Assembly (NCBI GenBank): GCA_964016885.1
Contig: OZ024743.1
Location: 84,816,001 to 84,880,000, forward strand
Length of the DNA: 64,000 nt
Direction of reading: 5' to 3'
DNA from: Eledone cirrhosa
Taxonomy: Eukaryota
In this document: in pieces, positions 1 through 14,085 of the stretch
How positions within the stretch are numbered: position 1 is the first letter of the stretch
How the letters are laid out: each line of letters starts with the position of its first letter
The notes under the pieces: generated by a model
Database searches by the model: none
The model's input: only the letters and a program-made list of their open reading frames with translations
What the model was told of the DNA's origin: nothing
Position numbers and translations under genes: made by a program

Positions 1-842
1 GCCTCTCCACTACAATTAGTATGTGATATACAAAAACACATATGAAGAATGAATATGTGAGAAGTTGAATTAAGTAATATACAATCGACCCAAAACACAA
101 AAATATCAACAAAGCCTTAAATAAACAAAACAAGAACTCGCTGAACTCACACCCACATATACATCTACACGGGTATATGTAGAGGAAGATAAAGAGTATA
201 GAGAAAGGACAGTGTGAGAGAGATATATAGTAAGGAGGGAGAGGGATAGCGTTAGAGGAAACAAAACAGAGTGAGAGGAAGGCCGAAATAGAAGCAGATA
301 GAGTTAGAGAGGAAGATCGAGAGAGAGAGGAAAATAAAGAAATAGACATTAAGAGGAAGAATCACATATGTGTGTGTGTATATCCATATATATAAAGAGA
401 TTCGTGTGTATATCAAAACGACCAAAGCACACAGTACCATCACACGAGAGGAGAAAAAAAACATGCTTTCTTTTCCCTCCGGCACCCTTGTTCATCTTTG
501 TTTTAAGGAAGTCAGTTCTTCCGTTTAGCCCTTTTAAATATATTTTGGCCTCACTATCTACCAATCTCTCCCTCTCATGACTATTTAAAAAATAATCAAT
601 TTGCGTACTAAAGATTTTACTAAAACATATTTCCGACTGTGTCGCTAGACCCACTACATACACGTTTATTGGTTTTTCTTACTACAGGAGTAAGAGAGAA
701 TCGTTTCAGAGTATTCAATACAAAATGATCATTTTAAAGATAAATTATGTCAAATATATATAAATGTTGATTTCAGAGCAATATGTAGCCCAGATCACAC
801 ACACATTATATATGTGTAGCCCAGGTCACACACACAGATTAT

Positions 843-894
<52 letters not shown>

Positions 895-1146
895 GACAGA
901 GAGAGAAAGCAGTATGTAGCCCAGATCACATGGAGGGACTAAAACAGAGAGAGAGAGGGTCGGCAAATTGGGGCTGATGAAATGGTTGTATAGGTACAAC
1001 CTGAAATGTTGGTGGTGATGACGATATGGCCGTTTGAAAGAAGCCGGCAACAAGCCGTCTCCTCCCGACAATAAAGACAGCAGAACGAGAGAAGAGAAGA
1101 GAGATAGATAAATAAATAAATCAAAACAAGCAAGCCACAAACTTAC

Positions 1147-1330
1147 TTTCTTCAGTGCTTCTCACTGAAAGCAATGTCGTTGTTGTTGTCGTCAGTATCA
1201 GTTAGCTAGTGAGTTAGTGTTGTTGTTGTTCCACTCAACTCACCATTTGTCTGGTCGTCGACTAAGGCAACCTTGGTGTTTTATTATAAACTAGTAACTA
1301 CGTTCCCGACATGCCAGCCAAGCAGCAGGC
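1147..1330 (-). other. Candidate alternative first exon with two donors
   Basis: Donors ATG|gtgagt (1244/1243) and AAA|gtaagt (1147/1146) in unique CpG-containing sequence. Confidence 0.35.
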
Positions 1331-1349
1331 AAGCTACACTCACTTAATC

Positions 1350-3350
1350 ACCCTAGCTTCAACTCTCATTACCTCCCTTTTCTCTATATAGTTTTCTTTA
1401 CTCTTTAATATCCCTTCTCTCTATATAGCTTCGACTCTCATTACCTCCCTTCTCTCTCTATAGCTATCATTCTTATTACCTCCCTTCTCTCTACATAGCT
1501 TCCTTTACTCTTTAATATCCTTCCTCTATATAGCTATCACTCTCATTACCTCCCTTCTCTCTATAAAGCTTCCACTCCCATTACATCCCTTCTCTCTATA
1601 TAGCTTTTACTCTTGTTATCACCCTCTCTCTATATATTTGTATATATACCTACTACTCACATTATTTCCTTTCCTATATATAGTTTTCATACTCTTTAAT
1701 CCTCCCTCTGTGGTATACCTTCATGACTTTTACCTTCTCTCTCGCTTATCATTCGCTCCCCCTTCCTCTCTGTTTCTTTCTATGCTACTTCTCCCTGGCG
1801 TTCCTTGTCTCTCTGCTTCCTATATTTCTCTTTAATGTTCTCTTACTCTTTCCCTGGCCACTTTCCTATCATTTAATCTTTTACCAGTTCTACAAAAAAT
1901 AACGCTATTTCTCTTTCTTTCTCTCCCTCTCTATTACTCTTTCACTTTCTCGTTCTTTATTCTCTTACCCCCCCCCCCCGCAACGCTATAAACACTCTTT
2001 CTCTCTTCGTATTACTCTTACACTTTCCTTCACATTTTTCTCGTTCTTTATTCTCTTATAAGTTCTCCAAGCAATGCTACCCCCTCCCCCATTTTACATG
2101 CTTCTCTAATCTCGCTCTATTTGATTGATGGCTCTCTTCATTTCCACTTCTATAACACATACAGATTTTATATAAATATATATATAGAGAGAGGTAGATA
2201 GATAGATAAAATAAAGTCATTTATCTTTTTCCTTCCTATCCCCCTCTCTCTAGCTATATACAATCACTCTCACTCAGTTTATTCAATGTGAACACAACTA
2301 TTTACAGTCAATTCTTCTCAGTCATGTTTTTCAATTCCTCTCACACACATACTCTCCACTCTATCATCTCTGTTCTTTCTCTCACCCAGGCTATCACGTC
2401 TCCCACTCTATTTTATTTTCTACATTCCCTTCTCTCCTTAAACTCTTTTATCTCTTATCTATCTTTCACTTGTTTCCTATCCTCTCTATCTTCATATATA
2501 TATATATATACAATCTGTTACTAAATCATTTCTTTTCCTCCTCTCTTTCTCACTATATCTATCTCTCTTTTTTCTCTCCCTATATCTTCTAGTGTTTCCA
2601 TACTCTTTTCTACTCCCTCTCACTCATTTTCTACTGTTTCTATACTAGTTCCCCCCCTCTCTCTCTCTCTTAGCCTAGCTATTTCTCTACAATGTGCGCT
2701 CATTACTTTTATTTATCATTGTCACCCTAAATAACATACACATTTTTCTCCCTCTATGACCCTCACTAATTCCTCTAAAATTCCCCACTATATACTTTAC
2801 TCACTCTTACATTATGCTACACTCCCACTCTATCACCACACTCTTACCATCTATTCGTCACTATGTACTTCAAGCTAGTTCTCCCTCCACTCTCACTCTA
2901 GCTATTTACTCCCTTCACTTCCCACTATTATTCCATCTATTTACTCCCAACCTTCCCTATTAATTATCAATCTATCTAGCTAATTATTCCCTTCCCCTAC
3001 TAACTATTACTTTATTTCCTCCCACCACTCCTTACTGTCACTCTAGCTATTTACTCATTTCACTCCCTACTAACTATTACTTTGTCTATTTAATTTCTCC
3101 CATTCCCCCGTATTAATTATCACTCCATCAATTTCTCCCACTACTCTCTACTAACTATATTCTATTTAGCTAATTACTCCCTTTACCCCGTATTAACAAT
3201 CCCTCTATCTATCTGGCTGTTTCCTCCCCTCACTCCGTACTAACTCTTACTCTATCTAACTGCATCCCTTCCCTCCACGCTTTACTAATCTACTTTTCCA
3301 ATAACGTTGTCTGTATTATCCTTTCCTCCCACCTCTCCTTCTTCCCCATT
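1350..3350 (+). repeat. ~2-kb pyrimidine-rich degenerate repeat tract
   Basis: C/T-rich plus strand with recurring ctctctatatagct and ctagctatttactc units. Confidence 0.85.
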
Positions 3351-4059
3351 ACACACTGTAATACACATTATATATATATATGTGTGTGTGTGTATGTGTG
3401 TAATGGCTTTGCTACTCTCAATACACACACACCAGCACATCTAGCTATTTTCTCTTTTCTTCTCTTATTCCTACCATCACCACCATAACTTCTACTACTA
3501 TATATCGAGCTGTTCTCTGCCTCTACCACACTCAGTCGCTATCTCTTTATCAGTCAGCAACGAGAGCCAACCAACATATTGGCCAGATTTCTGAAACAAC
3601 CGACACATATATACACACACACAGCTTCACCGTATCACATGCTTTAGATGGAAGACAAATCAATCGACGGAAGCGACTCGGCACTCACTCTCACAGTAGA
3701 GTAGGTAGAGGAAGAAGGGCTTTTTTAATAATCATAACTACATTATTATTATTATCCAGCAACATTACTTTTTTAAAGTGTTTAAGGGTTGCCTTTTTTA
3801 ATCTATCCTCCACACTACCCTATTTATTATTCACTGTGCAGCAGAAGTCAAGAGGTTTTCTATGCTGTAACTGGGTCCCTCGTCATACTGTATTTTTCCC
3901 TAGCTCAAACAGATTTAAAGATCTCACGAAATATATATTACGTACCTATTATTGTATATGTATATATATACATAATTTAATGTGTGTATATTATATGTAT
4001 ATATAATGTGTAGTATATAAATAAATATAACAAAAGCAGGATAGGAAGAAAAAAACGTG

Positions 4060-4620
4060 CCGATTGGTTCTGACAGCCTGACCCATTTTCGTCGGTTTCT
4101 GTTGTATAAAACATACATACATGCTAAATTGTTTTACCCCGGGCGAGTTTCTCTCGGATATTTTCCACTACAAGGAAAAAATTATTTAGACATTATACAC
4201 ACACAAATTTGTGTGTATAAAGACTTGTATAAATTAGTAGTTGTTTTAATGGGAAAAACAATGTGCGATAGAGCGTACGTACAAAGAACAAAAGGTGAAG
4301 CAAGAGGAGTAGTAGTAGTAAGAAATCGTATGATGGTAGCAGTTAAAAGTGGCTGAAGCACAGAGAGAAAGAGAAATATATATATAGAGAGAGAGAGCTT
4401 TGGTTCGGATCAGGCTCTCTCTTTTCTTTCTGTGTGTGATGTCAGTCAGTCAGTGATGACCCATTTTTACTTCAGTACGTAGAGGCAAGGTTTTTCAAAA
4501 CACATTCCCACCAGGCACACACGCAACTTACTCATACAAGCGAGGCAAGGGGAAGGCAGAGAAAGACAGAAAAGAGAAATAGCAAGCAGGAAAAAATAAT
4601 CTTCTACCCGCGCAATTTAA
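4060..4620 (-). promoter_or_regulatory. Candidate promoter/first-exon region
   Basis: CCAAT box (plus-strand gattgg near 4072), CRE-like TGATGTCA, TCAGT repeats, and donor ATGA|gtaagt at 4532/4531. Confidence 0.3.
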
Positions 4621-4849
4621 TAACTTCATAAATAAAACAACACTTTCAAGACATTTTTTCCTCATATTAAAATGATAAAGAATGTTTTCTGATAAAACCG
4701 AAAATAAAATCTATATAAAAAAACAGATTTAAACTATATTTTAGGAAAACTACAGATATAAATTGAACTGGATAAAAATATAGAAATAAGAGTAAAAAAC
4801 CCTGAGACATTTTTTTTAAAAGGCTGTTATGATTTCCATGCCTTTCCTA

Positions 4850-5410
4850 AAGATATGAGGGATGTTGTTACATTTTTGTATTTCCCAAAGATGAGAGCTG
4901 TGGTGACATTCATGCCTCTCCCAAAGTTAAGGCAAATTGGGACTTCTAATATATTAGGCATGTTGTAGCATTCATGCATTTCCCCCAAATAGGATGTTAT
5001 GACATTCATGCTTTTCCCAAAAATATGGGCTCTTACGGCATTCATGCCTTTCCAAAGACATGGGCTCTTGCGACATTCATGCCGCGATATTTATACATTT
5101 TGTGATTTAGCTCCAGGCCTTTCTCCCAAATAAGGGATGGTGTAACATTCATGCCTTTACCAAAGATATGATGGATGTTTTGACTTCTATGCCTCTCCCA
5201 AAGATATGATGGATGCTGTGATTTCCATGCCTTTCCCAAAGATATAAAGAACGAGGTGACTTCCATACCTTTCCCAAAAATATAAGGGATGTGATATCCA
5301 GGCTTTTCCCAAAGATATAAGGGATGTGATTTCCATGCCGAAGGGATGTTGTGATTCCAATGCCTTCCCCAAATATATAAAGGATGTTGTGAATCCATGC
5401 CTTTCCCAAA
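4850..5410. repeat. Degenerate ~37-39-bp minisatellite
   Basis: Recurring catgcctttcccaaagatat..ggatg. Confidence 0.9.
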
Positions 5411-7584
5411 AATAGAAGAACCAGATAATACTTAAATGTATCCTACGACCGAATATATACACATGTATATACATATCTATGTAATGTGGTATTGCTGGTG
5501 CCACGATAAAAAATACTCAATACACTCTGTAACAAAGTAGTTAGTATTAAAAGGACATCCAGATGTAGAAACCACGCAAAAATGGAACGTATGTGCCAAG
5601 CATGGTCATCTGTCCTGTCTAGTCTCAACGTGAAAACCAGTTCAACCCATGCCAGCATGTAAAATAGACGTCAAACGATGATGATGATATACATATTATT
5701 TTGAAGAGCTTTGGGCTCACAATCGGGTATTTGTGAGTTCGATTTCCGGACAAGGCGGTGCGTTGTGCCTTTGAACACGACACTTTATTTCACGGAACCA
5801 AGTTCTATCGACCATTGCCAAAATCGGTGGCGTGGAAAAAGGAGACTCGTATGCATGGGTGACTGCTGGTTTTCCACAAATACACCTTGACCAGGTTTGT
5901 ACCTCGGTGGGGAACTTTTTAGGTGCAAAATACCATATATATTTTATCTTACTGACTCCAGTGATCAGACTGTGGCCATGTTGAAGCACCAATACACACA
6001 CATACATATATACAAGCACACATATTTAACCTCTCGAAAAAACCATTTTCAATTTATTAATTTATTTCAAAAAGCTTTCGTATGTTTCTCGGCTGCTTCT
6101 GTGTTGACAGTAAAGCTGGGGTTTAAATTTACAATATATAAAGCCCCTTTCTTAAGCCCCTACAGTTTTATAGCTAGGGACAATGAGCCCCTTTTCTCAA
6201 TACAGCCAAACAAGGTCCTACTGTTTTATAGCTAGGGACAATAACCCTTTCCCCCTTCTTAATACAGTCACACAGGAGGGCCCTACAGTTTTACAGCTAG
6301 GAGCAAATTGAATCTTAATATTCATTCAGGCTTTTGCTAAGTACAGTAACGAGAACGTGATTTGAAATATATATTCAACTGGAAATGGAAACCAGATCGA
6401 AATTTTAGCTGGCCGTGGACCTGTCCACCCCCCACCCTCTCTCTCTCTCTATATATATATGTGTGTGTTTACTGGACATAATGTTATCTAATGTTCCTTT
6501 GAAAACAGTGATTTGAGTCCCTGGCTCAACTGGCTCTGGGTGACGGAACACGAAATGGGACCCTATCCAGGATTACGGACACTACAACACGTCGATGTGG
6601 AAACGCTAGGTTAGTTTTCGGTCTTTATTCAGACCTGGTGAGTGGATGGGCTCCGCCAAGTTTAGAATGCCCATGGCACGCCGTATACTCATTACGACGC
6701 CACTATGACTCCACCAAGAATTACGGGTCCATACACACAAACATGAAGTGTTTATGAGAAGTACGGTTGTTCAGCTGGACCTTTCCAGGACGAGCGGTGG
6801 GTAGCTGTTATTATTACTAATCATTCTCCTCCTCCACCACCACTACCACCAAATGTCTGAGCTGACTTATGAGCAAAAGCATTCCCGACATGACCAAGCC
6901 AACCTGATCTAGGACTACAATAGAAGTAGTTGATGTAGTGGTGTGTATAGGGGCTATAATGATGTAGTCTTGTGTGGGGAGGAGATGATGTGTAAAGGTG
7001 TACTGTGTGTGGGGGAGTTCATGCATATAGGAGTTATTGCAGTTGTGTATAGGGGTGATGTAGTAATGTGTAGGGAGTGTTGATGTAACAATGTTTGTAA
7101 AGGGTGGTTGATGTGATGCTATGTAAGGAGGTAGTTGATGTTACAGTAGTGATATATATAGAGGTAGTTAATGTTGAGTGTAGCGGTTTGTGTAGGGTGA
7201 GTATATTGAGATGTAGGGGTTGTGTAGTTGATGTTGAGTGTAAGATGAGTGTAGGGGGTTGTGTAGTTGATGTTGAGTGTAGGGTCAGTGTATTGGTGTA
7301 GTTAATGTGTGTAGTAGGAATGTAGAGGCAGGTAGGGGTGGGTGCATTTGATGTTATGAGTGTAGGGGCAGTTGTGAGTGTAGTAGATGTAATGAGTGTA
7401 GGGGTTGTGTTGTTGATGTTGAGTGTAGGGTTGGGGTGTATTTGATGCTATGTCTAGGGGGTGAGGGCGTGTAGTTCATGTTGTCATATCGTAATGATTT
7501 CATTATTGACACAGACGGCTCAGCTAAGCTGACGATCGAATTAACAACAAATAATTTCACCACACAGAATTCTTGTAAACTTAC

Positions 7585-7681
7585 TGACATTATCGAATTC
7601 GAATTTTGAAATTAGCCAGTAATGGTCAGGACTAGAATACATTTAATCAACTCAGCTACATCGGAGCTGACTTGCGACTAA
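7585..7681 (-). other. Candidate alternative first exon (ends ATG TCA|gtaagt)
   Basis: Non-repetitive CpG-containing island that starts with an Inr-like TTAGT and ends in a consensus donor. Confidence 0.4.
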
Positions 7682-8719
7682 ACACATACAACCGATCATT
7701 GTGTGTTTAATGGACAGAGACTGCATGGAAACCCGGTATGTGTGTGTGTGTGAACGTACACGCATATATTTATATATATATACAGAAATATATATATACA
7801 CGGATAGCTTGGTTAAACTTAATATATATTTAATCTCCATCCAACCCATGCCAACGTTGAATGATGATACACACACACACATATATATATAATTAGATAC
7901 ATGCATATATACTCATATACATATATACTTACACACACACACACGTGTGTGTGTGTGTGTGGTATTAACGGTCACGAGAATAAGTACTCAATACAATAGC
8001 AGAGATAATCATGTTTTATTATGGCCGAAACAGTGTCCTGTTACTCTGGAGTTTCGCATGTATGTTCACAGGATCACCGTGTGTATATATAACAGAGACA
8101 GTCAGCAAAACAACAAAGCCAGAAAGATAACAAGTGACAAAGTACGAAGTAAGCCAGCTTCTGTTGCTACTACTACTTCTGTTGCTACTACTACTACTGC
8201 CGCTACTTCTACCACTACTGCTACTACTACTACCATTGCCAACACTACTACCATTGCCAACACTACCACCAATACCGCCACTACTACTACTAACACTCTC
8301 ACTACAACCACATACTACTACCACCTCTGCCAACACTACTACCAATACCACCACAACTACTACAACTGGAACACGTTTCATGAAACACCAGGCAGTGTGT
8401 ATTAGTTGATCGTCCCCTCCCGGTGGTGGTTATGGTGATGATGGTAATGCTCAGTCTCTCTCTGTATTGGAGTCTCCTGAGGAAATCTTTCTCTCTCTCT
8501 TTATATATATATATAGATAGATAGATAGATAGATATAGAGAGAGAAAGTGCAACAGAGAAGTAGGAGGGGGAGTGGATAACTGTGATTGTGGCGACAGTT
8601 GTCAGGAAGATCGACAGAGCAAAGGTTCGATTTGAAGGGGTAGCAGCCGGTTCGTTAGTGGTGGGAATATATATGACTATGGTGAATGGAATGGTGCGAT
8701 GGGTGGATTGATTGGATGG

Positions 8720-10040
8720 GTTTAACGGAACAGATGAAAGAGAATGCTAGATAGGAAAGAGATAAGTAGAGAGAGGTGAAGAAAGAGAGAGGGGGAAAGG
8801 TAATTAGATAGACAGAAAGAGTGAATGAGGATGGAGAATAAAAGAAAGGAAGTGAGCTAGAGAAGAGAAGTTAAATAGAAGAAGGCGGTGTTAAAGGGTG
8901 AATGAGAAGTAGTGAGGGTATAAGGAAGAAGAGAGGAAAGACAGGTGAAAGAGAAATGGGGATTAACAGAGAGAGAGAGAAGAAACAGTAAGCAAAATTG
9001 GAGGATAGAGAAAAAGAAAGGGACAGAAAGTAAGGCAGGAAGGGCAGAGAGAAAGAGGGGTAAAAAGAAAGTATGTAAGACGGACAGAGAGGGGGAAGAA
9101 AGGAGAGCTAGGAACGGAAATGATAACATGAAGAGAGAGAGAGAGAGGGACAGAGGGTGGAAAGAGAAAAAAACAGAGAATAATGAGTAGAGGAAGAAGG
9201 GGTAGCGATAAAGGCAGAGAGGGGAAAAGGATAGGAGAGAGACTAAGAGAAGAAAGAGTAAGAGGATAGAGATATAAAAGGAGAGGATAAAATATAGTAA
9301 GAGGAGGAAGTGTTGAGATAGAGACGAAGAGAATAACATGTTGAGACAGAGAGGGAGGGAGGAAAGGATAGATAGAGGAGAGAAAATGAGAGGAAGAGGG
9401 TAAAACGTAAAGAGAGAGGGGGGGAGAAGGAAAGAATAAACACAGGGGACAGGAAAGGGAAGAAAGAGGAATAATAATGATTAAGAGAGATAAAGAAAGC
9501 ATGAGACAGAAATATAGAGAAAAGAATAGAGAGATTGATAGAGTTAATGGATAAGAAGAAAGGAAAGAACAACAAATATAGAGAGTATTAGAGCAAGAGA
9601 GAGAGACAAAGAGAATAGACAAAGCTAAGAAATGGAAATAAAGAGAGAGAAAAGAAAATATATAAATGTATATATAGAGAGAAGGAAGAAAAAGGGCGTG
9701 ATAGAGAGGAGGAATTAGAGAGGTACACAAATATGACACAGGGGGTGAAAGAGGGAGAAAGGTATGTATAGAAAAGTGAGAAGGTGGAAGAGATAGAAAG
9801 GTAGGTAAATAGGTGAGAAGTAAATAAAGAGGTATGTAAATATGAGAGAGGAGATAGAAGAGAGGGAAAGTTAGGTAAATACGAGAGAGGAGTAAATAAA
9901 GATGCATATAGATATAAGGGAGGAGAAAATAGAGAAGTAAGTAAATATGAGAAAGAGGAGAGATAGAAAGAAAGCGGTAGGAAGGGAGACAAAAAAATTT
10001 TTCCAAGTGTTTTATGAGCAAAGAAAACTGAAAAGGAAAA
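8720..10040 (+). repeat. 1.3-kb polypurine (GA-rich) tract
   Basis: Almost exclusively A/G on the plus strand; it explains the spurious L/S/F-rich ORFs. Confidence 0.9.
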
Positions 10041-10148
10041 AATGTCAGACTGGACAATAGTTTCTAAGACCGGGCACCGTTGAATTTCCAATGTTTCTAC
10101 TTAGTTTTTCTGTAGTCAGTTTATCGATTTAAAAGAAATATTACTTAC

Positions 10149-10230
10149 CAAATATCCTCAAAATGAAATAGGAAAGTCATTCCATCGACGCCATGATCGC
10201 ATAGGATATGAAATTGCGCATGTGCGTCAA
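10149..10230 (-). promoter_or_regulatory. Candidate promoter/first exon of a second minus-strand gene
   Basis: CpG-containing patch with an NRF1-like TGCGCATGTGCG and a YY1-like CGCCAT, a short uORF (ATG GCG TCG ATG GAA TGA) and a consensus donor TTG|gtaagt at 10149/10148. Confidence 0.45.
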
Positions 10231-13200
10231 TTAGAGTGTGTGTGTGTCAGTGTGTAACTGTATGTATGTATGTATCTGCTCTCTCTTTGTATGTATGTGT
10301 GTGTGTGTCTATCTTCTTCTCTTTGTATGTATATGTGTGTGTCTATCTCTCTCCTTGTGTGCATGTGTGCGTGTCTGGGCTGATGTGTCTCACTAATACT
10401 TACACGCACACACATACACACTAGTATAGATATAAATACATATTCACAAACACCGTCTTTATTGATAAACACACTCACATTCTGTTGTCGCCGGTCAGCA
10501 AGAACTCAAACTTTGAGGGGGTTCAAATGAAACTAAATTCATTAGTCAATAAAATGTAGCTTTCCAAAATTATTTATTCACAAAGGCACACGCGCACACA
10601 CATATATATATATATATACGCATACTAATGTATATATTGTTTAAATATGTATACATGTGTGTGTGTTCTGTTGTTAATTAACTGTTAAAAAAATATGACT
10701 GTTTCCTTTCCCTAGTCGGTATATTTTTTACCTCAAACTGTAAATTTAGTCTGGTAATTTCCAGATGGTGAACAAGAAAGGAAGGGGAGGAAAGAATTGA
10801 CTAGATTCAAGCTAAACTGACACGTTATAAATACGTAAATCTGTTTAAAAGCCCTCTAATAATTCGTTCCCTTTAACCATTCGTTAATAAATTACTTCTC
10901 TATATCATAGCTCTTCCTTTGCTGAGAATAAAAGTGAAAAATAAACATATATACACACGCAAATATATATATATATATATATATATAAACTAGCTCTTTT
11001 TATCCACGTTTCCTTGTTTGTTCAAGGAATATGGAAAGATTTGTACAAAGAAAATGTAAATTATAAGTGGTTAAATTTTTTAGTCAGGTTTTATGAAAAA
11101 ATTTTCCTATTTGTATAATTTTATTTAATGACCTGCTTTCGACTATTTATTTTTTTTTAATATTAGCTTCCATATTTCTCCATTCTCTTTCTAACGTAGT
11201 CGCCTTAATCAGAAATTCAGTGAGAATGTATGAGTAATAAGAACACATGTCGGCAGCCTCTAAAAAACAAAGTAATTTCTAAAATCTCAATAAAAAAATA
11301 TATCATAAAGCAACTAAAATCCTTCCTAAATTGACTTGGAGATCTGATATACTTATATATATATATTTTTAGAATAATGATTTATACTGGTAACAAAGAC
11401 TGGCTAGACGAAGGGACCAAAATACTTGAAATGTGTAAAGAAATGCTATTTCAATAGGAGTAACTCGTGGACATCTGTGATAAAATAAAATATTTTAATA
11501 GGAGTAACTGTAAACGTATATAATATATAAATGGCTCAATGGTTGCCGCCATCCTTCACATTCGGAGTTGTCTCCCTTATAAGAATGACTTTATTTGTTA
11601 TTTTTAGGTTTTGTGAAAGATTAATAACCATTATTTATTTCCCTTCTCTAATTCCTGTATTCTGGCTATTTCCATTCCTGCATGAAACTTAAAACTAGAA
11701 TTAGCAAATCTAACGAATAAATATTCATCTTCAGCAAATAAAATGAAAATCAATGTTTGCTGTTGTTCCAGATGTTTCTTTGTTACTAAAATATTCAGTA
11801 GACAGTTGTTGTTGGAGGAAAAGATACTATGGCTGTATTAGAAAGGAATTTTTTTGAAGAATTAATAAATTGATTAAATTCTCTCTTTCTCTCTCTCTCT
11901 TTAAATGCCAACTATAAAAATATTTTAATCGACATTCTTTGCTTTTTTTCTGCATTTGTTATTTCTTTTAGGCATTTAAATATTAATAAGATGTTTCTAT
12001 AAGATGTTCTATATTCAACATGGAGTCTAAAATCCTCTTTCAATCATATTTACTTAAAAAATTATAGAATCATTTCTTGATATCTCTATAGATACTACCA
12101 TTTACCAGCGACACAATTTGGGAGAAGCAATAGTTGAGTTTCTAGCCTAAGGCCTCAGTGTAAATGTGAGATTGTGATATACAAGCCCTTGAGTCAAGAT
12201 GGTTATCCATTTTTGGTTCTCATAAAATACATTAGTCAAAAATATTCAAGCTGCTGAACTGAAATATAACAAAATTATAATCAGAAGAAAAAAAATGTAG
12301 AATTGCAGTTAATGACTAGAATAAAAGAAAAACTGTTGCTTCTGTCGTCTTTAACATGCTGTGGTTGAACTAGAAGCACAACAAAAAGCATCCAGTCTAC
12401 TCTGTAAGGTACTGGTGCCATAACAAAAAATGACCCAGTCCACTTTGTAAGGTGGTCATACTTGTGCCATGACAAAAACCACCCAGTCAACTCTGTAATG
12501 TGGTCTTGATGTTGCTACAACAAAGAGCACCCAGTCTATCCTGTCAAGTGGTAGTGGGAGTGCCACAAAAAAAGCTCCCAGTCCAACTTGTAATGTTGGT
12601 GGCATTAGGAAGGGCATCCAGCCATAGAAAACTAAATCAGAATTAGATCATGTGAGCAAGACATGGTCATTTAATCTGTCAGATCTCATAACATGACAGC
12701 TTGTCATGGAAAATAGATGCTGGTGACAACAATGATGATCATGATGAACATCATCATCATCATAATCATGATAATGATCCATTTTTCCGTGTTATTGAAA
12801 TGAAAAAATAAATAAAGAGGATTGAAAAAAGCCACAATTCTTTGTTATTCTTGTTATTTCTTCAAGTAAAAAATTGTTTTTTTTCTCATTTTTTTTTCCT
12901 TTAAAATATTGAGTTCTTGATCAGGGTCCAGTTTTGCAAAAGACTTTAACCCTAGAAATATGAATGATAGAGTTTACTCTGGATTGGCCAGTAGAATCTA
13001 GAAAAACAAGATGGAATGATGTCCAACATTTACTTGCAGACAACTCAACACATTTTGAAAACTATGACACTCTTGTTTTCTTCAAAACTGTATTCATTAT
13101 CATCATCACTGCCGCCACCACCACCATCATCATCATAATCACCACCACCACCATCATCATCGTCATCATCAACACCAATACCAACATCATCATCATTATT

Positions 13201-13884
13201 GTTTAAGTCCACTTTCCCTGCTAGCAAGAGCTATATTATAGATGGAATAGAGATTAAATCCATATTTTAGTCTTTACCTTTTGTCTGCATGATTAGATTA
13301 ATCAGATATTGCTTAAGAAATTCATAACTGAGACCTCCAGTGTCTCCTTGGTCCTTGGGCTGCTGTCTTTTCCTTTGCTAAATTGAAAAGACATCATACC
13401 TGAGGAAGAAACCCTGCATGGTATAATGTCTGATGCAGCAGGTATCATTGGTTATTCCCTGTGTTATTTGCTTTTGTCATCTTGTCTGCAAGCACAATTG
13501 AGATATACACCATCCAATCAAGAATGTAGAGTTTACCCCTCTACTATTCTCCTTTTTTCATCCTTTTGGGGTTAATAAAATAAAGTACCAGTCAAGTACT
13601 ACAGTTGATTCAATCAAATTTGCTGGCCTTGTATCTAAATTAGAAATCAATATTTTTTAGTTTAAATGCAGGAAATTTTCAGCTTATCTTAGATACAGAA
13701 CACTTTATGCCTGTGACTACTCAACAAGTGAAATGTCCAAATACTCATCTTCTTAATTTAACATCAGTAATCATTACCCTTTGAAAGGGTCCTTGAGGCT
13801 TATGTACTATACACAGAGTGAAGACCTAGTTTGAATATTGGCAACAGAGTGGACACTGCTAAAAGTACATAAAAACTGCCATGC

Positions 13885-14085
13885 AGTAGTGTTAAATCAA
13901 GTGAAGTTGATCATACAAGGACCATGTGGTGGTGTTAAACCAAGTGCAGTCTTCCATGCAAGGACCATGTGGTGGTCTTAAACCAAGTGAAGTCTTCCAT
14001 TGAAGGACCATGTGGTGGTCTTAAACCTTGTAACAAATTACATTTACCCACCCAGGGGTCAGGTGATGGTGTTAAACTATTTGAC
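13885..14085. repeat. ~41-bp tandem repeat
   Basis: aaggaccatgtggtggtYttaaacc occurs 3 times, with degenerate flanking units. Confidence 0.85.

Noticed and set aside
4827-5504. Overlapping repetitive ORFs (IFGK/SLGKAW repeats)
   Set aside because: Product of a minisatellite read in several frames; no recognisable repeat-protein family.
7947-8409. Thr-rich mucin-like ORF and overlapping poly-Leu/Val/Ser ORFs
   Set aside because: Degenerate (CTA/CCA)n trinucleotide repeat open in most frames; no supporting splice structure.
8857-10091. 364-aa and overlapping hydrophobic ORFs resembling membrane proteins
   Set aside because: Artefact of the polypurine tract; no domain motifs.
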